32,000 bases of DNA, taken from NCBI GenBank assembly GCA_963699255.1, contig OY969425.1:750001-782000 (forward strand). The letters run 5' to 3'. The notes beneath the pieces were generated by a model. That model was not told the origin of the DNA, did not search any database, and saw nothing but the letters and a program-made list of their open reading frames with translations. Positions 1 through 8,826 of this stretch are shown here, piece by piece (the stretch's first letter is position 1; each line of letters begins with the position of its first letter). This DNA is from an uncultured bacterium. GTDB taxonomy: Bacteria; Margulisbacteria; WOR-1; CAVSGV01. The translations under genes and the position numbers were made by a program.

Positions 1-3000
1 TACCCTCCCCTCAGATATATGCCGTCATAAAGAGTGATGGTCCCCGGTCCGTATCCATTCTGGTATAGATAGTAGATCCCCCGCCTCACACGTATCTCAT
101 CCCCGCTTGCCGCCGCCGCCTCAGCCAGATTGATCGTTCTAAATGGATCCCACTGGGTGCCGCTTCCCTGACCGGAAGCGGCCGCGTCTACATACCAGTA
201 TGGATATGAATCGTAGGGCCCATAGTCCGCGGTGCCGCTGGCAACACCATCATGGTTAAAGCTCTTAACATGCAAATACCATCCCTCACCGGTAGCCAGT
301 AAAGTTATGTTGCCGCTGCTCCATGTGCTCTCCCCGCCTCCCCAGGACTCGGTTGGGATCTGATCCCAGGTATACTTATAGTATTGAACCCCTCCCGCTC
401 CAAAGACAGCTTCATTAGTAAAATTAAAAGATGCCGTATTGTATGGGAGACGGGTTTTTTGATAGGCGACCTCGGGAGAAAGAGAGAGGGTATATTTTGA
501 ATAACTATTTGAAGGCGCCGAATCCCCGCCGTTGTTATAAGCATGGACATGCCGGGTATATTGGGTATTAGCGCTCAGTCCAGACTCCAGGCTTGCGGTA
601 ACATCAGCTCCTGTAAGTCCTTTCAAATTCTGACTGTCATCATTAAGGCAATATCCATCCTCCCCCGCCACATCGCTCCATGACCACAAGATGGAAGAAG
701 CGGATTCCACGGTGCCGATGAAGTTTGACGGCTGAGCAGGAGGACTGGCAGTTGCCTGCGAATACCCGGTGTAATGGTAACCCATGTCCACGATCCCGGT
801 ATCGCCGTGAATGCCATCCTGGTTGGTTCCATAGCCCTGCTGCCATCCCAGACCAAGAGCTGAAGCGTCGCCGGTCCCGCCATTGACGCAGGGCGAGTAA
901 TTATAAAGACGCACATTAGCGGGCGCGCCCACGAACTGCGGCTCCCCGCTGATATTCCCGGTCCCGGTGTAGCCGCCCTGGATACAGGAATAGGTAACAG
1001 TTGAACTGGATGAGGTTCTATTTGAGATGTTTCCTCCGGAAGCTTGATAATAAATGATACAGCTTTCGATGGTCGGGGCGGAAGAGGAATCGTTAAGTAT
1101 GGCGCCGCCGTTATGTGCGCTATTTGAATTAAAGGTGCAGTTTGAGATAGTTGGCGAGGATGAGACGTTATATATCCCGCCGCCGCCGTTATTGGAAAAA
1201 GATGATAAATTTGAAGTAAAGACGCAGTTTGAAATGGCTGGGGAGGAGGAGTCGTTAAGTATCCCGCCGCCGCTGCTTGCGCCATTTGAAGTAAAAGCGC
1301 AATTATTGATCGTTGGGAAGGAGTTGTAGTCAGATATCCCGCCGCCGCCCTGAACAGCTCCAACATTTGAAATAAAGGTGCAGTAATTGATCGTCGGTGA
1401 TGAGTTGTAGTTGGATATCCCGCCGCCATAATTATTTGCCTGATTTGAAGTAAAGACGCAATTTAATATGGTCGGGGAGGAACTCTCAAGAGAAAGACCC
1501 GCGCCATAGCCGGAGGTATAACCTTTTTTTATGGTGAGATCTTCAACGGTAGTAGCGGATGTAAGCCCGCTTCCGCTCATGCACCGGACGGTACCCTCTC
1601 CGGATATTATCGTCGCTGAGGCGTCAGTGGTTCGAACATCCCAATTGCTAAGGTCATAACCACCCATCAAATGGACGCCGCTTTTGAGAGTGATAGTGCC
1701 TGTGCCCGGAGCGTTCAGATGGTAGACTCCCTGCCTCACATGTATCTCTTCTGTGCCGGTGGCAGCCGCTTCGGCGCTGTTGATCGTTTTGAACGGATCA
1801 CCAATAGTCCCGCCTCCTGGACCGGTAACATTAGAATCAACATACAAGATGAGACCTGAAGGAGGCGCAGCAGCGCTTATGGTGAACACGCCGCTTTCCC
1901 CTGTCCCCAGGTTGTAATATGTATCCACCGCGTTCATCTTTATTTTGGCCGTGGTGGTAGGAACATCGGTGACTATCCAGGGATAGATCCCGTCATTATC
2001 TTCGGCGGCGGAAACGACATTGTAAGTCGTTCCCTCGTCCGTTGAGTAATAGATGCTGATGGGTTTTACGATAAATCCGTCAGCATCTGTCGATTCCCAT
2101 GTAATGTTGTGGGAGGTGCCCCCGCTCCAGACCGCACCTCCTGCGGGAGAATAAACTTCAACGGCGGGAGGTGTGTTATCGGGTACATTTTGTTCGGTGT
2201 TGGTGTATCCGGAATAATGGTAGCCCATGTTCACTCTGCCGTCATCGCCATAAATCAGCAGAGGATGGGTCCCGTATCCATTGTCATAGCCGAGCCCAAG
2301 GCCAACAGCGTCGCCGGTCCCGGTATTGACGCAGGGCGAGTTATTGTAAAGGTGCACATCGCCAGCCTGCGCATTTACGATCAGCGGATCACCATTGATA
2401 TTGCCGGTACCTGGATAAACCGTGTCCTGTTGAATGCAGGAGTAGGTTACGATCGGAGAAGAGCTGCTGTTTGTGATATTCCCTCCGGAATTCCCGTATA
2501 TAATCGAGTTCAAAATAGTTGGGGAGGAATTGTAGTTATATATCCCGCCGCCGTTGGTAGAGCTGTTTAATGTAAAGGTGCAGTTTGAAACAGTTGAGGT
2601 GGAGACATCTTCATTATATACCCCGCCGCCGTAACTATTTGCCACATTTGATATAAATGCGCAGTTTAAAATGGTCGGGGAGGCATAGGCCGAGTTTTCT
2701 ATTCCGCCACCTACTCCCGCATTATTTGAAGTAAAGGTACAATTTTTTATAATAGGGTCACAGGGTGTTGATGGAAAATTGCTTAAATTAGATATCCCTC
2801 CGCCGTACTGATACGCACTATTTGAAGTAAATACGCAGTTTAAAATAGTCGGGGAGGAACCATTGCTATTGTCGATTCCGCCGCCATCGCCACTATATGT
2901 GCTATTCGACTCAAAGGTGCAGTTTGAAATGAATGGAGAACAAGATGAGTTATTTTCTATCGCGCCGCCGCCGTTGTAAGAGCTATTTAATGAAAAGGTG

Positions 3001-5318
3001 CAGTTTGAAATGGTTGGATTGGAATTCTTAAGATCACAGATCCCGCCGCCGTTGCCATAATTCACATTATTTGAGGTGTTTGAAGTAAAGGTGCAGTTTA
3101 AAACTTCTGGAGAGGAGTGCATATTACATATCCCGCCGCCCTCGTAATGAGATGCGCTATTTGATGTAAAATCGCAGTTAGTAATGGTCGGTGAAGAGGC
3201 ATCGTTATACATCCCGCCGCCCTCGTAGGCGCTGTTTGACTCTAATAAGCAGTTCGAGATAGTTGGGGTGGAATTATTAGTAAGATAAAGCCCGCCGCCC
3301 TCGTCGCCGTTATAACCCTTTCGTATGGAAAAGTATTCAATGATAGTGTCGGAGCTAAGTCCGTTCCCATACAGGCACCGGACGCTGCTGCTCCCATCAA
3401 TTGTGGATATCCCGGTCTGATCAGTCCAGCTGTCGTCATAACCGCCCCTCAAATACACGCCGCTTTTGAGAGTAATGGTGCCTGTATGCGGAGCGGTAAG
3501 AGAATATACTCCCCGCTTCACATGTATCTCATCACCATTGTTCGCAGTAACAGCTGCCTCGGCGCTGTTTATGGTTTTAAACGGATCCAGCTGAGTTCCA
3601 ATCCCCGGAAAAGAAGCAGAAGAATCTACATACCAGATGGTGGGGACGACAGCCGCCTGTGAATACCCGGAGTAATGGTAGCCCATGTCCACACGCACGG
3701 AATCGCCGTGGATCCCGTCCGGGTTTGTCCCATAACCCTCTTCCGACCCCAGGCCAAGGTCAAAGGCCTCGCCTGTCCCGGAATCGATGCACTTTGATGC
3801 CGGGAAAAGATATACGTTTCCTTGCGGCCCGCTTGCGAACAGCGGTTCAGAACTGATATTGCCTGTCCCCTGGTAGCCTTTTTCAATACAGGAATAGGTA
3901 ACAGTTGGAGAAGAGCTGCTATCGTAGATGCTTCCTCCGGAATTCCCGTAAATGATCGAGTTGGAAATGGCCGGGGAGGATCCCGCGTTGAAGATCCCGC
4001 CGCCGCCAGCTTCTGCAGCATTTAAAGTTAAGGAGCAGTTTGAAATGGTTGGGGATGATGACCAGTTTGCCATCCCGCCGCCGTGGACTGCACTATTTAA
4101 AGTAAAAGCGCAGTTCTTAATGATGATTAAGGGGGCATCGAAGTTAGTGATCCCGCCGCCGTCATTTGAACAAGTATTTGAAGTAAAGACACAATTTGAA
4201 ATGGTTTCGGAGGAAGATCCAAGATTACAGATCCCCCCTCCGTAAGCATATGCACTATTTGACTCAAAGGTGCAGTTTGAAATAATCTCGGAAGTGGAAT
4301 TGTAGCTATAGACACCCCCGCCGCCGTAGTTGCTTGCGTTGTTTAAAGTAAATGCGCAGTTAGAAATGACCGCGGAGGAGTAGGATCCAAATATCCCGCC
4401 GCCGCTGCCTGCACTATTTGAAGTAAAGGTGCAGTTTGAAATGGTTGGGGAAGGGGCGTTTTCGTTACAGATACCCCCCCCGTAGATGTATGCACTATTT
4501 GACTCAAAGGTGCAGTTTGAAATAGCTGGGGAGGAATAATAGTTATTTATCCCGCCGCCGCTGCCTGCACTATTTGAAGTAAAGGTGCAATTTGAAATGG
4601 TTGGGGAAGACGAGGTGTTATCGATCCCGCTGCCGTTATTTAAAGTAAAGGTACAGTTTGTGATGGTTGGAGAGGATTGGGTATTATATATTCCGCCATA
4701 GTAGTTATTTGAAAAGATGCAATTTGAAATGGTCGGGGAGGAGGCGTCTGAGTTCCGCATCCCGTAGCTGGTATAAGTAAAGGTACAGTTTGTAATGGTC
4801 GGGGAGGAAGTAGAGTCCCATATCCCGCCGCCTTCACTTGAAGTAAAGGTACAGTTTGTAATGGTCGGGGAGGAACTGTCGAGATAAATCCCGCCGCCAA
4901 AGTCGGTGCCGTTATAACCATTCTGTAAGGTGAAATATTCAATGGTAGTGGCGGAGCTGAGGTCGGATCCGGACATGCACCCGACGCTGTCCTCTCCAGA
5001 TATTATGGTGGTTGAGGCATTACCGGTTTGAGCCCAGCCATTGTCATAACCGCCCCTCAAATAGACGCCGCTTTCGAGAGTGATTGTGCCTGTGTGCGGA
5101 GCAGTCAGAGAATAGACCCCCTGCTTCACCCATATCTGATCGCCGGAGTGAGCTTTCGCTTCAGCTGAGTTGATGGTTTTAAACGGATAGTTCATTGTAC
5201 CGATAGCGCCAGCTTCAGGAGATGACCAATCAACATAATAAATAGCAGCATGAGCCGAAGATGTTAACATAAGGAATATGAAGCAGGAGATAAGAAATAG
5301 CAAACCGGATTTTTTCAT
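1..5318 (-). CDS. Giant secreted modular right-handed parallel beta-helix repeat protein (partial; C-terminus beyond the left edge)
   Basis: Reverse strand opens with ATG at 5318 (MKKSGLLFLISCFIFLMLTSSAHA, signal peptide) and I read it without a stop to the window edge, about 1772 codons. Frame phase was checked near 3899, 2465, 956 and 5 and is constant. Repeated module: YVDxx..GTxxDPFKTINSAEAxA..GDEIxVKxGVYxLTAPHTGTITLKSGVYLRGGYD, then many SSPTISNCTFTSNSAxxxGGGIxN rungs, then SYSCIxxGYxGTGNISSEPLF..DMGYHYSGY. Confidence 0.9.
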   Translation of the reverse strand, partial: MKKSGLLFLISCFIFLMLTSSAHAAIYYVDWSSPEAGAIGTMNYPFKTINSAEAKAHSGDQIWVKQGVYSLTAPHTGTITLESGVYLRGGYDNGWAQTGNASTTIISGEDSVGCMSGSDLSSATTIEYFTLQNGYNGTDFGGGIYLDSSSPTITNCTFTSSEGGGIWDSTSSPTITNCTFTYTSYGMRNSDASSPTISNCIFSNNYYGGIYNTQSSPTITNCTFTLNNGSGIDNTSSSPTISNCTFTSNSAGSGGGINNYYSSPAISNCTFESNSAYIYGGGICNENAPSPTISNCTFTSNSAGSGGGIFGSYSSAVISNCAFTLNNASNYGGGGVYSYNSTSEIISNCTFESNSAYAYGGGICNLGSSSETISNCVFTSNTCSNDGGGITNFDAPLIIIKNCAFTLNSAVHGGGMANWSSSPTISNCSLTLNAAEAGGGGIFNAGSSPAISNSIIYGNSGGSIYDSSSSPTVTYSCIEKGYQGTGNISSEPLFASGPQGNVYLFPASKCIDSGTGEAFDLGLGSEEGYGTNPDGIHGDSVRVDMGYHYSGYSQAAVVPTIWYVDSSASFPGIGTQLDPFKTINSAEAAVTANNGDEIHVKRGVYSLTAPHTGTITLKSGVYLRGGYDDSWTDQTGISTIDGSSSVRCLYGNGLSSDTIIEYFSIRKGYNGDEGGGLYLTNNSTPTISNCLLESNSAYEGGGMYNDASSPTITNCDFTSNSASHYEGGGICNMHSSPEVLNCTFTSNTSNNVNYGNGGGICDLKNSNPTISNCTFSLNSSYNGGGAIENNSSCSPFISNCTFESNSTYSGDGGGIDNSNGSSPTILNCVFTSNSAYQYGGGISNLSNFPSTPCDPIIKNCTFTSNNAGVGGGIENSAYASPTILNCAFISNVANSYGGGVYNEDVSTSTVSNCTFTLNSSTNGGGIYNYNSSPTILNSIIYGNSGGNITNSSSSPIVTYSCIQQDTVYPGTGNINGDPLIVNAQAGDVHLYNNSPCVNTGTGDAVGLGLGYDNGYGTHPLLIYGDDGRVNMGYHYSGYTNTEQNVPDNTPPAVEVYSPAGGAVWSGGTSHNITWESTDADGFIVKPISIYYSTDEGTTYNVVSAAEDNDGIYPWIVTDVPTTTAKIKMNAVDTYYNLGTGESGVFTISAAAPPSGLILYVDSNVTGPGGGTIGDPFKTINSAEAAATGTEEIHVRQGVYHLNAPGTGTITLKSGVHLMGGYDLSNWDVRTTDASATIISGEGTVRCMSGSGLTSATTVEDLTIKKGYTSGYGAGLSLESSSPTILNCVFTSNQANNYGGGISNYNSSPTINYCTFISNVGAVQGGGGISDYNSFPTINNCAFTSNGASSGGGILNDSSSPAISNCVFTSNLSSFSNNGGGGIYNVSSSPTISNCTFNSNSAHNGGAILNDSSSAPTIESCIIYYQASGGNISNRTSSSSTVTYSCIQGGYTGTGNISGEPQFVGAPANVRLYNYSPCVNGGTGDASALGLGWQQGYGTNQDGIHGDTGIVDMGYHYTGYSQATASPPAQPSNFIGTVESASSILWSWSDVAGEDGYCLNDDSQNLKGLTGADVTASLESGLSANTQYTRHVHAYNNGGDSAPSNSYSKYTLSLSPEVAYQKTRLPYNTASFNFTNEAVFGAGGVQYYKYTWDQIPTESWGGGESTWSSGNITLLATGEGWYLHVKSFNHDGVASGTADYGPYDSYPYWYVDAAASGQGSGTQWDPFRTINLAEAAAASGDEIRVRRGIYYLYQNGYGPGTITLYDGIYLRGG

Positions 5319-5481
5319 AGATAGCCGCCCCAGCTTATATGAAAAAGTTGTGTCCAAGAAGCCTTGGCTTTCCTAGGCATTAGGGCATTATTTTAGCATA
5401 AAGGAACGGAAAAATAAAGCCAAAATTCGATCCCCTCCCCCTATTAATTTCCCGCTCGGGTACCTCCTCCGCCGGTGCGGA

Positions 5482-5510
5482 TTGACATAATTTTCATGCG
5501 ATGATAGAAT
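5482..5510 (+). promoter_or_regulatory. Sigma70-type promoter of the hrcA-grpE-dnaK-dnaJ operon
   Basis: TTGACA (5482-5487), 17-nt spacer, TAGAAT (5505-5510), immediately upstream of and touching the CIRCE element. Confidence 0.85.
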
Positions 5511-5536
5511 TAGCACTCGCTTTATTGGAGTGCTAA
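5510..5536 (+). promoter_or_regulatory. CIRCE operator (HrcA binding site)
   Basis: Perfect TTAGCACTC-N9-GAGTGCTAA inverted repeat (TTAGCACTC GCTTTATTG GAGTGCTAA), 1 nt before the hrcA ATG at 5538. Confidence 0.98.
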
Positions 5537-5537
5537 C

Positions 5538-6278
5538 ATGAAAACATTGAACGCAAGAAAGCAAAAAATACTCGAGGCCGTGGTGAACGACTACCTCCAC
5601 CGCGCCGAGCCGGTCAGCTCGGACACGATACGCAAGAAATACATGCGCGACATCTCGCCTGCCACCATAAGGAACGAAATGGCAGAGCTGGAGGAAGAAG
5701 GGTTCCTGCAGCACCCGCACACCTCCTCCGGAAGGGTCCCCTCGGACCTCGGTTACAGATACTTTGTGAACCAGCTGATGAAGCTAAGGGGTTTGACGCA
5801 AAAAGAGATAGAATTCATAGAGAGAGAATACAGGAGATCCGGAAATAACCTTGAAGAGCTTCTTCACGCGACCCTAAAGATATCGGCCGCCCTCTCGCAC
5901 CTTCTGGCCGTAATAACGGCCCCGGATCTCCCTTTCAAGGTCTTCTCAAGCGGGTTGACAAATATAATGGACCAGCCGGAATTCAGCGACTCTGAACACA
6001 TAAAGAACATATTGAGCGTCATTGAGCACGAGGACGTTATAGAGCATATTATAGGCGAGAGCGCGAAAAATGACGCCGTCACGATAAGGATCGGCTCTGA
6101 GATCAAGCACAAAAAAATAAGGGACTGCAGCATTGTTGTTTCAAAATATGATATCTTTGGCGGATCCGTGGGAACAATAAGCATAATCGGGCCCACGCGC
6201 ATGACGTACAGCAAAGTAACGTCCATTGTTGATACTGTCTCAAAAACACTAAGGAATATCTTAACAGAGAAGAGCTAG
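5538..6278 (+). CDS. hrcA: Heat-inducible transcription repressor HrcA
   Basis: MKTLNARKQKILEAVVNDYLHRAEPVSSDTIRKKY...SPATIRNEMAELEEEGFLQHPHTSSGRVPSDLGYRYFV; preceded by CIRCE; first gene of the dnaK operon. Confidence 0.97.
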   Translation: MKTLNARKQKILEAVVNDYLHRAEPVSSDTIRKKYMRDISPATIRNEMAELEEEGFLQHPHTSSGRVPSDLGYRYFVNQLMKLRGLTQKEIEFIEREYRRSGNNLEELLHATLKISAALSHLLAVITAPDLPFKVFSSGLTNIMDQPEFSDSEHIKNILSVIEHEDVIEHIIGESAKNDAVTIRIGSEIKHKKIRDCSIVVSKYDIFGGSVGTISIIGPTRMTYSKVTSIVDTVSKTLRNILTEKS

Positions 6279-6322
6279 AAGAGCTAAACGTTAAGAGGCA
6301 TAGAGGAAAAGAGGCCTAAGAA

Positions 6323-6847
6323 GTGAAAAAAGAAGTGTCGAAAAAAAAGACAGGGGAACTTCCAGCTGAACAACCGGAGACTAATCCGCTCAGCGAACAG
6401 CTCGCGGAAAAAGACCGGTCGATAGAGGAGCTGAAAAATAAATATCTCCGCGCTCTGGCCGATCTCGATAACTACAGGAAACGGGCGAACCTGGAAAAGG
6501 ACGAGCTTGCAAAATACTCGAACGAACTTCTTGTAAAAGAGCTTCTTCCCGCGGTTGACGGCTTCGCGAGAGCCCTGGATTTCGCGAAAAAAACGAACAG
6601 CGATGACCTTATTAAAGGGCTCGCTCTTATAAAAAAACAGGTGAAGGACGCTCTAATGAAATTCGGCGTTAGAGAGATCGGATCCGTCGGAAAGCCCTAT
6701 GACGCGAACCTTCACGAAGCTATTTTAATGAAAGAATTTGAGGGTGAGCCAGGGATAGTTCTGGAGGAGATACAGAAAGGTTATACGATGCATGACAGGT
6801 TAATAAGGCCGGCAATGGTAATAGTATCGAAACAGAAAGAGATGTGA
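6323..6847 (+). CDS. grpE: Nucleotide exchange factor GrpE (GTG start)
   Basis: NKYLRALADLDNYRKRANLEKDELAKYSNELLVKELLPAVDGFARAL...; located between hrcA and dnaK. Confidence 0.97.
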   Translation: MKKEVSKKKTGELPAEQPETNPLSEQLAEKDRSIEELKNKYLRALADLDNYRKRANLEKDELAKYSNELLVKELLPAVDGFARALDFAKKTNSDDLIKGLALIKKQVKDALMKFGVREIGSVGKPYDANLHEAILMKEFEGEPGIVLEEIQKGYTMHDRLIRPAMVIVSKQKEM

Positions 6848-6902
6848 GACGGAAAGAATGAGATGCAAAAAATCACATCTCGCATCTCACGTCTCTCATC
6901 TC
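6839..6902. repeat. Inverted pair of heptad-periodic arms at the grpE stop / dnaK leader
   Basis: Left arm gagatgt gagacgg aaagaat gagatgc (6839-6866); 8-nt centre aaaaaatc; right arm acatctc gcatctc acgtctc tcatctc (6875-6902). Outer arms pair 12/13, inner TGAGATGC/GCATCTCA pairs 8/8. Confidence 0.8.
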
Positions 6903-6930
6903 CCGTATTAATTTTAAAGGAGGACAAAAA

Positions 6931-8823
6931 ATGAGCAAGATTATCGGTATCGATCTTGGCACAACGAACAGCTGTGTCGCTGTGATGACGGGAGGAGAAC
7001 CTGTCGTTATACAGAATTCCGAGGGCGGGCGCACCACGCCGTCGATCGTGTCTTTCCTGAAGGACGGTTCCCGCGTCGTGGGGCAGGTCGCGAAAAGACA
7101 GGCGATCACAAACCCCGAGAACACCGTGTTCTCGATCAAAAGGTTCATGGGCAGGAAATACAGCGAGGTCGGGTCCGAGCTGAAGCTCGTGCCCTATCAT
7201 GTGATAGAAGGGAGCAAGGGGGACGCGAAAGTAAAGATCGAGGGCAAGGAATTCACGCCGCCTGAGATATCCGCGATGATACTCCAGAAAATGAAACAGT
7301 CGGCGGAAGACTATCTCGGGGAAAAAGTCACCAAAGCGGTCATCACGGTCCCCGCGTATTTCAACGACAGCCAGAGGCAGGCGACGAAAGACGCCGGACA
7401 GATAGCGGGGCTTGAGGTGATGAGAATAATCAACGAACCCACGGCCGCGTCGCTCGCTTACGGGCTTGATAAAAAGAAGAACGAGAAAATAGCGGTGTTC
7501 GACCTGGGCGGAGGGACCTTTGACATTTCGATACTTGAGATAGGCGAAGGTGTTTTCGAGGTCAAATCGACCAACGGCGACACCCACCTGGGCGGGGACG
7601 ATTACGACCAGAAGGTGATCGATTGGCTGGTCGCGGAATTTAAAAAGGAGCAGGGAATAGACCTGTCCAAGGACAGGAGTACGATCCAGAGGCTGAAGGA
7701 ATCTTCTGAGAAAGCGAAAATAGAACTCTCGACCGTCGCCGAAACGGAGATAAATCTTCCTTTCATAACGGCTGACGCATCAGGGCCTAAGCATCTCCTG
7801 ATAAAACTTTCCAGGGCAAAGCTTGAACAGCTCGTTTCGACTCTTAACGACAGGCTGACAGGCCCCTGCCAGAAAGCGCTTGCCGACGCTGGGCTTTCGG
7901 CTAACGAGATCAATGAAGTGGTCCTTGTGGGAGGAATGACAAGGATGCCAAAGGTCATTGAGATAGCAAGGAACATTTTCGGAAGGGAACCTCATAAAGG
8001 AGTGAATCCCGATGAAGTTGTGGCGATCGGAGCCGCGATACAGGGAGGCGTGCTCGCGGGAGATGTGAAAGATCTTGTTCTCCTGGATGTTACGCCGCTG
8101 ACCCTGGGAATAGAAACGCTGGGCAGCGTCATGACGCCTTTAATAGAGCGGAACACAACGATACCGACATCGAAGTCGCAGGTGTTCTCGACGGCGGGCG
8201 ACGGCCAGACGTCCGTTGAGATACATGTCCTTCAAGGAGAGCGCCCCATGGCCTCTGACAACAGGACGCTCGGAAAATTCCACCTGGACGGCATACCGCC
8301 GGCGCCGAGAGGCGTCCCGCAGATAGAGGTCATTTTCGATATTGACGCCAACGGGATCCTTAATGTTTCGGCAAAAGACAAGGGGACAGGCAAACAGCAA
8401 AAGATAACGATCACCGCTTCATCCGGCCTTACAAAGGACGACATAGACAAGATGAAGAAAGAAGCGTCGTCACATGAAGCGGAAGACAAAAAGAAAAAAG
8501 AAGAGATAGAACTGAGGAACCAGGCGGATACGCTCGCCTACACTGCGGAAAAGACCGTGAAGGAAGCCGGCGACAAAGTATCAAAGGACAAGAAGGAAAA
8601 AGTCGAGCAGTCGATCAAGGAAACAAGGGACGCGCTGGCCGGGACCGATATTAACAAGGTCAAGTCCGCGTTCGAAAAGCTGCAAAAAGACATCTATGAA
8701 GTGTCGGCGGAAATATATAAAGAAAAAGGCGGGACAGACGGCGGAGCAAAAGGCGGAACAGAGGGCAATGCGGAAGAAAATAAAGAAAAGACGATGGACG
8801 CGGAATATAAAGAAAAAGAATAA
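6931..8823 (+). CDS. dnaK: Molecular chaperone DnaK (Hsp70)
   Basis: [24 protein letters not shown]...; 630 aa; [12 protein letters not shown]-type motif ([18 protein letters not shown]). Confidence 0.99.
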   Translation: MSKIIGIDLGTTNSCVAVMTGGEPVVIQNSEGGRTTPSIVSFLKDGSRVVGQVAKRQAITNPENTVFSIKRFMGRKYSEVGSELKLVPYHVIEGSKGDAKVKIEGKEFTPPEISAMILQKMKQSAEDYLGEKVTKAVITVPAYFNDSQRQATKDAGQIAGLEVMRIINEPTAASLAYGLDKKKNEKIAVFDLGGGTFDISILEIGEGVFEVKSTNGDTHLGGDDYDQKVIDWLVAEFKKEQGIDLSKDRSTIQRLKESSEKAKIELSTVAETEINLPFITADASGPKHLLIKLSRAKLEQLVSTLNDRLTGPCQKALADAGLSANEINEVVLVGGMTRMPKVIEIARNIFGREPHKGVNPDEVVAIGAAIQGGVLAGDVKDLVLLDVTPLTLGIETLGSVMTPLIERNTTIPTSKSQVFSTAGDGQTSVEIHVLQGERPMASDNRTLGKFHLDGIPPAPRGVPQIEVIFDIDANGILNVSAKDKGTGKQQKITITASSGLTKDDIDKMKKEASSHEAEDKKKKEEIELRNQADTLAYTAEKTVKEAGDKVSKDKKEKVEQSIKETRDALAGTDINKVKSAFEKLQKDIYEVSAEIYKEKGGTDGGAKGGTEGNAEENKEKTMDAEYKEKE

Positions 8824-8826
8824 CTA

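Noticed and set aside
1050-4900. CRISPR-like appearance of regularly repeated ttgaagtaaaggtgcagtttgaaatggt segments
   Set aside because: Spacing is variable, the repeats are degenerate, and they encode SN/TFTSN-type protein rungs in one reading frame. There are no spacers and no cas genes.
305-4942. Track ORFs at 305-550, 623-1429, 643-846, 1054-1329, 1671-1859, 2109-2570, 3242-3439, 3626-4021, 3659-3856, 3822-4025, 3952-4245, 4127-4315 and 4640-4942
   Set aside because: All are off-frame or antisense to the single open beta-helix ORF. Their repetitiveness (e.g. AAAGYLTTTP..) reflects the underlying repeats.
5340-5400. Possible terminator or hairpin gccttggctttcctaggc
   Set aside because: Stem is only 6/7 with no U-tract, in a divergent intergenic region where no terminator is expected.
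6781-7995. Large antisense ORFs 6781-7587, 7602-7976 and 7780-7995 over dnaK
   Set aside because: Codon-bias shadow ORFs opposite a full, unambiguous DnaK.
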